A stretch of 64,000 nucleotides of DNA from sequence record OR352951.1; one strand, written 5' to 3'. Positions within the stretch are counted from its first letter, which is position 1. Each line of letters opens with the position of its first letter. The position numbers were made by a program, and so were the translations under genes. This stretch comes from Escherichia phage AV121. Shown here one piece after another: positions 54,748-64,000 of this stretch. Under the pieces are notes generated by a model, which did not search any database, had not been told where the DNA came from, and worked only from the letters and a program-made list of their open reading frames with translations.

Positions 54748-54930
54748 TTATTTTGCCCAGGGAGCCCAAGGCGGAGGGTCAAGATGGTATGAAGCTAGTT
54801 CTTCTAGAAGAGCATCTGGGGCTTCAATTCCATAATTCTGTAATACTATACGGTACTCTTTCTTATAATCACTAGAATCATTCTGGATATTCGTAGAATG
54901 ATTATCTTCTAACATCTCAAATAAATCCAT
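54748..54930 (-). CDS. hypothetical protein (60 aa)
   Basis: ORF. Confidence 0.35.
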   Translation of the reverse strand: MDLFEMLEDNHSTNIQNDSSDYKKEYRIVLQNYGIEAPDALLEELASYHLDPPPWAPWAK

Positions 54931-54938
54931 ATTAATTC

Positions 54939-55409
54939 CTAGCGATAAAAACCAAAATAACGATTAGCTTCAATAATCTTTCTTTCTTCTTCGGACATTC
55001 TCCAGCGTAGTCCAACATCAAAATGAGCCCAGACCATCTTAACAAATGCATTTATATCTTTAATATCTTCAATAATGAATGATTTACTTTTAGAAGGTTG
55101 ACTCGCTAATTTAACTTTATCGTCTTCAAACAGGTCAAAAAGACCATATTCATGGGCTCTTTTATAGCCTTTAATAGTTAAAGCTTCAGAAGAAGAAAAA
55201 GGTGAATCAGTATTCTGCAAAATATCTTCAGTATGCTTTATAATTAGAATAACATTTTCTGGATATTTTCTTTCTTTTATATCTTTAATTAAAATATCCG
55301 GATTTTCTGCTAAAGGAATAATTAATGAGCATTTTTTACCAAGAGTATTTACTGATTTACCTTCTTTAGACATAAATTCTATTGAATAATGTTTTGCTAC
55401 TTCAATCAT
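54939..55409 (-). CDS. hypothetical protein (156 aa)
   Basis: ORF. Confidence 0.4.
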   Translation of the reverse strand: MIEVAKHYSIEFMSKEGKSVNTLGKKCSLIIPLAENPDILIKDIKERKYPENVILIIKHTEDILQNTDSPFSSSEALTIKGYKRAHEYGLFDLFEDDKVKLASQPSKSKSFIIEDIKDINAFVKMVWAHFDVGLRWRMSEEERKIIEANRYFGFYR

Positions 55410-55562
55410 GCGATTTCCTTTTGCCTACTAATGGACCGTCAGGAATTTTGTTTTCCTGGATATATTTCTCATTTTCTTCCATCATTTTACTACCGATTTT
55501 AAGAAGCAAATCCATTGCTTCATTTGCTTTAGCTTTAGCCTCTTCTAATATCATATCTCTGT

Positions 55563-55766
55563 TCACGATTTATCCCCATAGATGTCTCTCATTAATTTAA
55601 GCGCTGAGCGTTCTAATTTCTTTTCTTTCTCAGCACTAATCATTGATTTCATCCATTCTTCCGATTCGTTCTGCATTTCTTTATTTGCTTGTTCAACCCA
55701 ACCATCATCAATATACATCGAGTTTGGTCTATTGAACCATTCAAGCATCTTCTTCAGAGCTTTCAT
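55563..55766 (-). CDS. hypothetical protein (67 aa)
   Basis: ORF. Confidence 0.35.
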   Translation of the reverse strand: MKALKKMLEWFNRPNSMYIDDGWVEQANKEMQNESEEWMKSMISAEKEKKLERSALKLMRDIYGDKS

Positions 55767-56238
55767 TTGTTTTACCTAAAACAACAGTAGGAGCATCATC
55801 AAATTCATGAATTTTGAGCAAATTTGGATGTAAACTATTCCATACAGAAGAAATAAAGTATGATAAAGCATCTTCACTCGCAATTATAAATTTATTTCCT
55901 TTATCTATTTTCCAACTATATACTGAATCGTACGAATAAAAAGATAAAGGTTTATTATTATATTGTTCTGCGCTAACATTAATGTATTCTGATTTAGTAA
56001 ATGCTTCAATTGCTCTAAACGGAATATTTGGTACAGTTTCAATAATACCAATCTTTTTAAGTTTTATTTCAGCATCTTCTGGAACTGGCATTGAAACGAA
56101 ATTTTCTACGAGATACATTGGGTCACAATAACCCTTATCAATCATTACTGCTACGGTAATTGGAACGTCTTTAGCAAACGACATACTATTACTGCTAATA
56201 TACATTTCAAACAAAATCGCTTCCATAATTTTCCTCAA
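55741..56238 (-). CDS. hypothetical protein (165 aa)
   Basis: ORF. Confidence 0.4.
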   Translation of the reverse strand: MRKIMEAILFEMYISSNSMSFAKDVPITVAVMIDKGYCDPMYLVENFVSMPVPEDAEIKLKKIGIIETVPNIPFRAIEAFTKSEYINVSAEQYNNKPLSFYSYDSVYSWKIDKGNKFIIASEDALSYFISSVWNSLHPNLLKIHEFDDAPTVVLGKTNESSEEDA

Positions 56239-56576
56239 TCACAAGATGTAGATGAACAACTAGAATCACAAGAACTTCCACATGAATCGCCTTCCCATAC
56301 ATGAACAGGAACATTAGTATCATATGAATCAGAACTAGACTGTGTATTCTGCGTATTAGATGATGTAGTAGGTGTTGACCAGCGCCAAGGATTTTTATAA
56401 TATTCTTGGGCTTCTTCATAAGTCATAGTAACTGCTTCTACTGTTCCATCTCCCATATAAACATACTCAACTACAGTTAAAGGAAGGTAGTCATTTGAAA
56501 TAGGAACTACACCTTCCCCAGGAGTCGTAGAGAAAAAATCCGTAAAGAAACTTTTAAACCAATTAAAGATAAACAT
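56235..56576 (-). CDS. hypothetical protein (113 aa) with Cys/Ser-rich C-terminal tail
   Basis: C-terminus ...[20 protein letters not shown]. Confidence 0.4.
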   Translation of the reverse strand: MFIFNWFKSFFTDFFSTTPGEGVVPISNDYLPLTVVEYVYMGDGTVEAVTMTYEEAQEYYKNPWRWSTPTTSSNTQNTQSSSDSYDTNVPVHVWEGDSCGSSCDSSCSSTSCD

Positions 56577-56782
56577 TACAAAAAGCCTCTCTTGAATTCG
56601 ACATGCTTTTCACCATAATCATATCGAATCTCTGCATTAAATTCGACAGAACCATCTGCGTACATCATAAATGAATGCACAACAACTTCTGTAGACCATG
56701 GCTGTAGTTCATATTTCTTCATTACATGCCGTGAAATGATAATATCTAAATCTTCATTTGGTTTAATCCAACGATTTAACAT
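56576..56782 (-). CDS. hypothetical protein (68 aa)
   Basis: ORF with ATG start. Confidence 0.4.
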   Translation of the reverse strand: MLNRWIKPNEDLDIIISRHVMKKYELQPWSTEVVVHSFMMYADGSVEFNAEIRYDYGEKHVEFKRGFL

Positions 56783-56807
56783 AGTGCTCTCCTCTATAAG
56801 ATAATTC

Positions 56808-56837
56808 TATTATACCATACTCATTTTGGAAAGTAAA
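56808..56837 (-). promoter_or_regulatory. T4-type early promoter
   Basis: tattatacc...gtaaac. Confidence 0.4.
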
Positions 56838-56845
56838 CCAGTAAA

Positions 56846-56870
56846 ATGAAAAAGGACTCCCGAAGGAGTC
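56846..56870 (-). terminator. rho-independent terminator downstream of soc
   Basis: ggactcccgaaggagtcc hairpin + U-run; identical hairpin to the one at 1416-1433. Confidence 0.6.
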
Positions 56871-56877
56871 CTTGAAT

Positions 56878-57123
56878 TTATTCACCAGTTACTTTCCACA
56901 AATCTTCATTTGCAGCAATCCATTCAGTACGTTGATTTTCTTCATATACTGTAGAATATGCTGCTTTTTCTGAAGGGAATGTCTGGTAATGAGCACCAGA
57001 AATTTTGTGAACGTCAGAATAAAGAGGGAAAGCTACGGAAATTTCCTTTCCTTCAATTTTCTTATTTCCATCTAATTTCTGCTCAAATGTTTTAATATTA
57101 ACATAACCGCGAGTACTAGCCAT
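56878..57123 (-). CDS. soc: small outer capsid protein Soc
   Basis: Translation MASTRGYVNIKTFEQKLDGNKKIEGKEISVAFPLY... matches remembered Soc. Confidence 0.85.
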   Translation of the reverse strand: MASTRGYVNIKTFEQKLDGNKKIEGKEISVAFPLYSDVHKISGAHYQTFPSEKAAYSTVYEENQRTEWIAANEDLWKVTGE

Positions 57124-57139
57124 GTAATTCTCCTTTTAT

Positions 57140-57349
57140 TTAAATTACATGATTATTTATAATAAATTCTCGCGGAACGTTAAAATACCCGATTTTAGTT
57201 AATATAACAACATCGCCGTTAATAATTACCGGAGAATAATCTTCTGGAGCATTAAATTTCCAATGGGCTCTAATATTATATCCATCAGAACCAAATGCTC
57301 GAGTAGCTGGTCTCCCAGCTTTTTGCCATGCGTAGAAATCAAATTTCAT
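57140..57349 (-). CDS. hypothetical protein (69 aa)
   Basis: ORF between gene 56 and soc. Confidence 0.4.
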   Translation of the reverse strand: MKFDFYAWQKAGRPATRAFGSDGYNIRAHWKFNAPEDYSPVIINGDVVILTKIGYFNVPREFIINNHVI

Positions 57350-57540
57350 TTTGAATGCTCTATAATTAATTTTAAAGCTTCTTCACTGACAAAAATTTCG
57401 TCAGGACCTTCTATAACTTCAACCATACGAAGTTGATTAGTTAAGAGCTCACATACGAGCTCCTTGTTATAATCTTTAAATAGCTGGTCAATACGTTTCT
57501 TATGGGCTTTCTTGAGCTGACGTTTATTTAAACGAGCCAT
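57346..57540 (-). CDS. hypothetical protein (64 aa)
   Basis: ORF; start overlaps the gene 56 stop (TAATG). Confidence 0.4.
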   Translation of the reverse strand: MARLNKRQLKKAHKKRIDQLFKDYNKELVCELLTNQLRMVEVIEGPDEIFVSEEALKLIIEHSK

Positions 57541-58058
57541 TAATAGCCTCGGTCTTGACGAGCGAAGTTTTCAGCATTTTTCAGATAATAAAGTTTAAAG
57601 ATTTCCTCAGCTGACATTCCAAGAGCAATGAATTTATTCATGAAAAAGTGAAATTGATCAATCAGTTCAAATTTAATTTCAAGTTGATCTTCAGGAGATA
57701 AATCTTGAATTTTCTTGGATTGCATTTCAGAATAACGTTTCTTCCAAGGTTTCCATACAGCAGAAGCTTCTTTTTCGCCATTACTCATACCGCCAAGAGA
57801 AGTATATAACTCGCGGGTTTCATCTGCGATATAATCGTCTTGGTTTCGCAACCAAGCAAGAACTTCTCCTGCAGTTTCAAGTGAATCAGGATGACGATTT
57901 GTTTCTGGTTTATCATTAGCCAAACGAATCTGTAAATGCCGCTGCATGTCAAGCATAACCTGCAGTGGGTCAATATTGTGCATAATATTCTCAGCATATG
58001 CACGATTTGCTTTATCAACACCTTCAATCAAATGAGCACATTCATTAAAGTGAGCCAT
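57540..58058 (-). CDS. 56: dCTP/dUTP pyrophosphatase gp56 (MazG-like)
   Basis: Start MAHFNECAHLIEGVDKANR (track ORF has a TTG extension). Confidence 0.8.
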   Translation of the reverse strand: MAHFNECAHLIEGVDKANRAYAENIMHNIDPLQVMLDMQRHLQIRLANDKPETNRHPDSLETAGEVLAWLRNQDDYIADETRELYTSLGGMSNGEKEASAVWKPWKKRYSEMQSKKIQDLSPEDQLEIKFELIDQFHFFMNKFIALGMSAEEIFKLYYLKNAENFARQDRGY

Positions 58059-58118
58059 TATTTTTCCTTTCAATTCATTAATAAGTTAAATAATTATATC
58101 ATTTGAATATGTAAGCAA

Positions 58119-59458
<1,340 letters not shown>

Positions 59459-59482
59459 TATATCATCCTCAGCAATTTATTT

Positions 59483-59513
59483 TATAATACCATAACAAGC
59501 TGAGAAAGTAAAC
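59483..59513 (-). promoter_or_regulatory. T4-type early promoter upstream of the 186-aa ORF
   Basis: ttataatacc...gtaaac. Confidence 0.4.
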
Positions 59514-59557
59514 AAATTTATGAAATTTGTGATAAATATTAATTTAAAGGAGGACAT

Positions 59558-59758
59558 ATGGCACAAAAATTAATGGCACTTGTTAATGCCATCAAAGGTA
59601 ATAAGAAACGTATAGCTTTTACTATTTCTGCTATGGTAGGAATTTTACTCTGGAACTTTATTTTATCACCAATTGCAATTGCGCATGGTGTTAATATTCC
59701 AGTAGTTACTCTTGATACATTCGTAGATCTAGCATTTGCTTTAGTTGGGTTAATTTAA
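59558..59758 (+). CDS. small hydrophobic protein (66 aa), opposite strand to neighbours
   Basis: Perfect AAGGAGG Shine-Dalgarno 5 nt before the ATG; late-promoter-like gATAAATAtt upstream; one or two predicted TM helices. Confidence 0.45.
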   Translation: MAQKLMALVNAIKGNKKRIAFTISAMVGILLWNFILSPIAIAHGVNIPVVTLDTFVDLAFALVGLI

Positions 59759-60783
59759 ATCTTGGCATATTTAGATAACCGCATTTTAGCCATTAACCCC
59801 TGGGCAATATTATTTTTCATATATTCCATAATTTGTTCAGGGGTTGCACCTTCCTTTCTAATCATATCATTAACATCTTTTGATTTCCAGGGAGATTTAT
59901 CCCAAAACATAACCCTTTCTCCTGCATCAACTAATTTAGTCATTCGCTTGATAGTGTCAGGGTGACGAGGTTCATTATCTAAAACCCACACTCGTCTATC
60001 TTTAAATGGAACAACTTCTAGGTCTAATTGACCACCCGTAATAGCTATACCATTTTCAATAAAAAGTGAATCTATAGGTCCTTCTAGAACATATACATCA
60101 CCATCTTTAACTCGTTCGACTCCATATATTTTTGTTGCCTCAGGATAAGCTTTGATGGTGATATATTTTTGAGGAGCATCTTTCTTTAATGCACGTCCTT
60201 GAAAAGACTCAGCTTTTCCATTAGCATTATAAATTGGAATAACAAGACGAGGCTCAGAAATTTCCTTTTTGTATGTTCCCGGTGCTATGCTATTAACTAA
60301 TTTAGGCCATTCGGTTGTAAACCAAAGATATTTCCATTTATCCTTTGGAATACAACGAGCTTTTACATATTTTATAATTGGATGGTCTTCCGCCAATTTA
60401 TCTAATCTGATGCATGACGGAAGAGATTTAATTATTTTCTTCTCAGGTTGTTTAGGAAGTTCTTTAGGTTTTTCTACTGGACGACTTTTACCTTTTTCTT
60501 TTCTTATTTCAAAGATATACTCACGATATAAATCAGGTTCAAACTCCTTTAAATATATTCCGATTGGCGCATGATAGTTACAGTTATAACAATGAATATT
60601 TCCTTCATTATTATCACCATAATACCATCCACGGGCTTTATTTTGGTCGGTTTTTGAATCTCCACAAACTGGGCATCTAAACCGTAATTTAAAAGTTGAA
60701 CTATTATTTACTTGTGTGAATTTAGGTAAATGAGCTAATGCACGATATGCAAACTCATTATCAATCCAAGGTATTGATGACAT
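59755..60783 (-). CDS. 61: DNA primase gp61
   Basis: 342 aa; N-terminal zinc ribbon CPVCGDSK...CYNC and Toprim core; matches remembered gp61. Confidence 0.9.
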   Translation of the reverse strand: MSSIPWIDNEFAYRALAHLPKFTQVNNSSTFKLRFRCPVCGDSKTDQNKARGWYYGDNNEGNIHCYNCNYHAPIGIYLKEFEPDLYREYIFEIRKEKGKSRPVEKPKELPKQPEKKIIKSLPSCIRLDKLAEDHPIIKYVKARCIPKDKWKYLWFTTEWPKLVNSIAPGTYKKEISEPRLVIPIYNANGKAESFQGRALKKDAPQKYITIKAYPEATKIYGVERVKDGDVYVLEGPIDSLFIENGIAITGGQLDLEVVPFKDRRVWVLDNEPRHPDTIKRMTKLVDAGERVMFWDKSPWKSKDVNDMIRKEGATPEQIMEYMKNNIAQGLMAKMRLSKYAKI

Positions 60784-60786
60784 TCT

Positions 60787-60951
60787 TTACTCTTCTTTTT
60801 CTTTAGATTCCTCTTTTTTCTTTTTAGGAATCTGTTCAGGACCTTTATTTACTACAGCACCTGATGTTGTTCCAGTAGAGATATTTTCAGGATTACCACC
60901 TGAATCTCCAGCAACCATATCTTCTTTGATAAATTCTTTATATGTTTTCAT
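60787..60951 (-). CDS. 61.1: hypothetical protein (54 aa; 61.1 position)
   Basis: Not in ORF track; translation MKTYKEFIKEDMVAGDSGGNPENISTG... Confidence 0.45.
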   Translation of the reverse strand: MKTYKEFIKEDMVAGDSGGNPENISTGTTSGAVVNKGPEQIPKKKKEESKEKEE

Positions 60952-60952
60952 A

Positions 60953-61309
60953 TTAACCTCTATTCATAAAAGCATTAAAAATTTGGTCATCAATAGATGG
61001 AATAGCAACCTTTTCGGCATCATTTAGCAAATCATTAATTTCATCAGATAGCATAACACATGTGCCTTTATTTCCTGTAATTGTTACTGCACAATTACGA
61101 ACGTTTTCTTTATCAAATTTTAGGTTAATATTTTCGTAGTGAAAATCCTTTAATGCCGAATATATCTTTAAAATGAAATTGTCTTTTACTACAATAAACC
61201 CAACCTCACTATTAAAACGTGGTTCATGGAAACTGTAATAAACCTTTTCATCTATAAAATCGTATGAAATTTTTTCCATTTTTAAATATGAAAATTCAGA
61301 ACTATGCAT
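60953..61309 (-). CDS. 61.2: hypothetical protein (118 aa; 61.2 position)
   Basis: ORF with ATG start. Confidence 0.45.
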   Translation of the reverse strand: MHSSEFSYLKMEKISYDFIDEKVYYSFHEPRFNSEVGFIVVKDNFILKIYSALKDFHYENINLKFDKENVRNCAVTITGNKGTCVMLSDEINDLLNDAEKVAIPSIDDQIFNAFMNRG

Positions 61310-61321
61310 ACTAACCTCTAA

Positions 61322-61615
61322 TTACTCACCTACCACTTCAGCGATGATATTTTTGTTATTAAAGTTTTTATCGCAATACAGAACATAATTATACTGCATT
61401 ACACCACCAGACTTAAGCTGTTTTTGCACTTCAGCTTTCATTTCAGGACGATCGCGCTCAACGATATTCATAATATCTGCTTCAATTTGAGTTTCAACTT
61501 CAGTCTGATCCGCAGTCATAGACCATTCACACAAATCTTTATCATAACCTGCCATAGCAGGCTGAGCAGCACAAGAAGCTAAAGCAAAAATTGTGGCAAA
61601 GATAAATTTTTTCAT
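61322..61615 (-). CDS. sp: Spackle, periplasmic inhibitor of tail lysozyme
   Basis: 97 aa with signal peptide MKKFIFATIFALASCAAQPAMA; matches remembered Sp. Confidence 0.75.
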   Translation of the reverse strand: MKKFIFATIFALASCAAQPAMAGYDKDLCEWSMTADQTEVETQIEADIMNIVERDRPEMKAEVQKQLKSGGVMQYNYVLYCDKNFNNKNIIAEVVGE

Positions 61616-61640
61616 GATAATCTCCTCAGTAGTTTATGTT

Positions 61641-61673
61641 TATATAGTATCTCAATTTCCAACAAAAGTAAAC
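61641..61673 (-). promoter_or_regulatory. T4-type early promoter
   Basis: tatatagtat...gtaaac. Confidence 0.4.
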
Positions 61674-61675
61674 AA

Positions 61676-61933
61676 CTATTTTAAAACTTTTGCATAATCA
61701 CATGTTACAAACTGTTTCTCTAGCTTGACGATTTTACGAAAGTATCTTTTGCATTGGCGAATCTGCCGCTTCGTAGGGCGAACAGCAAACTTAATAAATT
61801 CCACTCGACCAAATGGAGGACTTTCTTCTGCTGGAATATCTAGCACCAATTCCCACGTATCTGCAATAAGTGCTTTGAATTGTGTATTTTTCCTAACGTT
61901 ATACGGAGTAGGTTTAAATAAAACAATATGCAT
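61676..61933 (-). CDS. 61.4: hypothetical protein (85 aa; 61.4 position)
   Basis: ATG at 61931-61933 with AGGA Shine-Dalgarno, 1 nt after the dmd stop. Confidence 0.45.
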   Translation of the reverse strand: MHIVLFKPTPYNVRKNTQFKALIADTWELVLDIPAEESPPFGRVEFIKFAVRPTKRQIRQCKRYFRKIVKLEKQFVTCDYAKVLK

Positions 61934-61934
61934 A

Positions 61935-62117
61935 TTATCCTCGGCAATCCACTTCACACACTTTCTTGTCATCAATGAAAGCTTTAACTAATGCTTTATT
62001 AACTTCAGCATACTGAGTAGTAGCCCATTGAACGTCATCTTTCATCATTGTGGTTTCTTTAGTAAACATGCTTTCATTCTTAAACCACCCCATAAAAACT
62101 ACCTTTACCAATTCCAT
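61935..62117 (-). CDS. dmd: Dmd antitoxin (inhibitor of host RnlA/LsoA)
   Basis: 60 aa; MELVKVVFMGWFKNESMFTKE...KVCEVDCRG matches remembered T4 Dmd. Confidence 0.85.
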   Translation of the reverse strand: MELVKVVFMGWFKNESMFTKETTMMKDDVQWATTQYAEVNKALVKAFIDDKKVCEVDCRG

Positions 62118-62146
62118 AACAATCTCCTCATTTAACCAACAAGACT

Positions 62147-62176
62147 ACTATACCATAGTCTCGTCAGCTTGTAAAC
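62147..62176 (-). promoter_or_regulatory. T4-type early promoter upstream of dmd
   Basis: ctataccat...gtaaac. Confidence 0.4.
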
Positions 62177-63603
62177 TAAAATTTTAATTCATTCGCCAAA
62201 GCATCTAACTGAGCTCGAGTGGATTCATTTCTTTGATAGCGATTCTGCTCAGCCTGAATCTGTTGTGAACCTGCTACTTCGTTCACTTCAGTTGGAGTAG
62301 AATCTTGTTCAATTTCTACCCATTTCTGATTTCCCTTTTGAACACCCATCAAAAACTTATTCCACTTATTCTTATCGCCATATCGTGATTTGATTTGCTT
62401 AATGAGTTGTTGTTCAGCAGCTGCTAGCTCCTCGGTTTCAATGACCGCAAGCATAAAATCAGCTGTTGCTGGAAGACCGGCAGATTCTGCAATATCGCTC
62501 ATGTTAACATCAGAAGAATCCCAAGCTTGTTTACCAACCTGTGCTGCAGTCCAAAGAACAGTTTCGGTTTCAACAGCAAGAGCACGTAATTCCTCTGCAA
62601 TGGCTTTAACAGTTGTGTAACTATTTTCTGAGTAAACTCTAATGCGGCAAGATTTACAAATACCTAGATAGTCGACAATAATGATTGTTGGAACAAAATT
62701 CTTCTTGAGCTTTAATTCGTTTAAAAGCGATCGAAATGTATTAGCATCTGCTCCACCAGTAGGATACTGTTTAACTATTAAACGACCGAGAGTAGATTTC
62801 TCGCGCCATTTTTCCATTTTTCCTTTATACTCAGCGTAAGAAATATGCCCGTCATCAATGTCATCAAGAGAAACATCAAGCATATTAGCATCAATACGCT
62901 TAGCACAGACTTCTTCTGCCATTTCCATGGAAATGTAAAGAACATTATGTCCGAGCTGCAAATAATCTGCTGCCAATGAACACAATCCTAATGACTTACC
63001 AACGTTAACGCCAGCCATTAAAACGTTCAGTGTTCCAGTCTCAGCTCCGCCTTTAGTAATTTTGTTCAGAATTCTGAGTTTAAATGGAACCTTACGAGCT
63101 TTATTCATATAAGATAGCCAACGTGCTTCATAGTCATCCATCCAATCATGGCCAACGTAGCTATCAAATGAAATTGATAATGCTTGGCGCATGATGTCAG
63201 GAATAGCACCTACATCTGGCATTTTCTTATTTCGTTTTTCTGGAGGAAGCTCAGCATTAGTTTGAATTTCGATTATTTTAGACGTAGCATTAAACATCGC
63301 CCTTTGCTGAACATATTTTTCTGTTTCTTTTATTAACCAACTGTGGTCTTCCGGAGAATCAGCTAGTTTTGAAATAAGTGTTTTTACACCAGAATATTCT
63401 GTTTCAGTAAATGAACTATTTTCTAATGCAACATTTAACGCATTAATAGATGGAACGCTATGATACTCATTGACATGAGATTTAATTAATTTGAATGTAT
63501 TTTTAGCTGGACCACTTTCAAAATATTCTGAATCCATATATGGCCAAACTTTTGAAAAATAAGCTTGATCAAATATGAGATGAGAAAGAATAATTTCTAC
63601 CAC
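62176..63603 (-). CDS. 41: replicative DNA helicase gp41 (DnaB family)
   Basis: 475 aa; Walker A GVNVGKS and DnaB-like motifs. Confidence 0.9.
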   Translation of the reverse strand: MVEIILSHLIFDQAYFSKVWPYMDSEYFESGPAKNTFKLIKSHVNEYHSVPSINALNVALENSSFTETEYSGVKTLISKLADSPEDHSWLIKETEKYVQQRAMFNATSKIIEIQTNAELPPEKRNKKMPDVGAIPDIMRQALSISFDSYVGHDWMDDYEARWLSYMNKARKVPFKLRILNKITKGGAETGTLNVLMAGVNVGKSLGLCSLAADYLQLGHNVLYISMEMAEEVCAKRIDANMLDVSLDDIDDGHISYAEYKGKMEKWREKSTLGRLIVKQYPTGGADANTFRSLLNELKLKKNFVPTIIIVDYLGICKSCRIRVYSENSYTTVKAIAEELRALAVETETVLWTAAQVGKQAWDSSDVNMSDIAESAGLPATADFMLAVIETEELAAAEQQLIKQIKSRYGDKNKWNKFLMGVQKGNQKWVEIEQDSTPTEVNEVAGSQQIQAEQNRYQRNESTRAQLDALANELKF

Positions 63604-63612
63604 ACTTACTCC

Positions 63613-63957
63613 TTAAAAGAATTTAAATTTTTTCTTTGACCTTTTATTAAATGCATCTTGCAGTTGCATTGTAATACATTTTTCTACATGAGGAGCTAAC
63701 TCAGCTTTTCTTTCTTGGTCAAGAACAGCAAAGTCCATTACAACCTTTCCATTAACCCAATCCAGTTTTGTTACATATACTATATGCGTAGAACCATCTT
63801 CTAGTTTAATGACAATCTCCTGGATAACATTTTCCATAGCGGATTTAATTATCTTAAGAGATTCATTAAAAAGACGTTCTTTTCTTTCTTCTTCCCCCTC
63901 CGAAGAGGGGGATTCATCGATAATTTCTAGATCTAAGTCTAAATCATCTTTATTCAT
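63613..63957 (-). CDS. 40: gp40-position protein (head vertex assembly chaperone by synteny)
   Basis: Track ORF starts with GTG; ATG at 63955-63957 has GGAAG Shine-Dalgarno; sits between uvsX and 41. Confidence 0.5.
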   Translation of the reverse strand: MNKDDLDLDLEIIDESPSSEGEEERKERLFNESLKIIKSAMENVIQEIVIKLEDGSTHIVYVTKLDWVNGKVVMDFAVLDQERKAELAPHVEKCITMQLQDAFNKRSKKKFKFF

Positions 63958-64000
63958 TAAATTCTTCCATATCACTTAACTGCTCGAGGTCAGTTTCTAA
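63950..64000 (-). CDS. uvsX: UvsX recombinase, C-terminal fragment (gene starts beyond window end)
   Basis: In-frame acidic tail ...LETDLEQLSDMEEFNE then stop, at the T4 uvsX position upstream of gene 40. Confidence 0.45.
   Translation of the reverse strand, partial: LETDLEQLSDMEEFNE

Overview
This window is a contiguous stretch of a T-even (T4-like, Tequatrovirus-type) phage genome, recognised from near-identity of many ORF translations to remembered T4 proteins (gp32, Dmd, Stp, I-TevI, gp61, Spackle, Rnl1, Dda, Dam). It runs from the rIII/31/cd region through pseT, alc, rnlA, denA, nrdB, nrdA, td, frd, 32, 59, 33, dsbA, rnh, the long-tail-fibre operon 34-38 and holin t on the + strand, then asiA, arn, motA, 52, ac, stp, ndd, denB, rIIB, rIIA, 39, dexA, dda, srd, modA, modB, soc, 56, dam, 61, sp, dmd, 41, 40 and the 3' end of uvsX. 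Early genes are on the - strand behind GTTTAC/TATAAT-type early promoters; late tail-fibre genes are on the + strand behind TATAAATA boxes. It is not T4 itself: gene 39 is unsplit, gp38 is a T2-type glycine-rich adhesin, the nrdB intron carries a full-length HNH endonuclease ORF, and no free-standing seg/mob genes are seen. The most interesting candidates are (1) a divergent pair between dam and gene 61, a PD-(D/E)xK-motif protein translationally coupled to dam plus an opposite-strand membrane peptide, (2) an ORF sitting between frd and td, and (3) a NADAR/YbiA-like ORF next to a HAD-like gene at the left edge. I could not run any search, so novelty relative to T4 rests on my memory of T4 gene order and is flagged as such. 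Coordinates derived by hand (splice sites, micro-ORFs, promoters, terminators) may be off by 1-2 nt.
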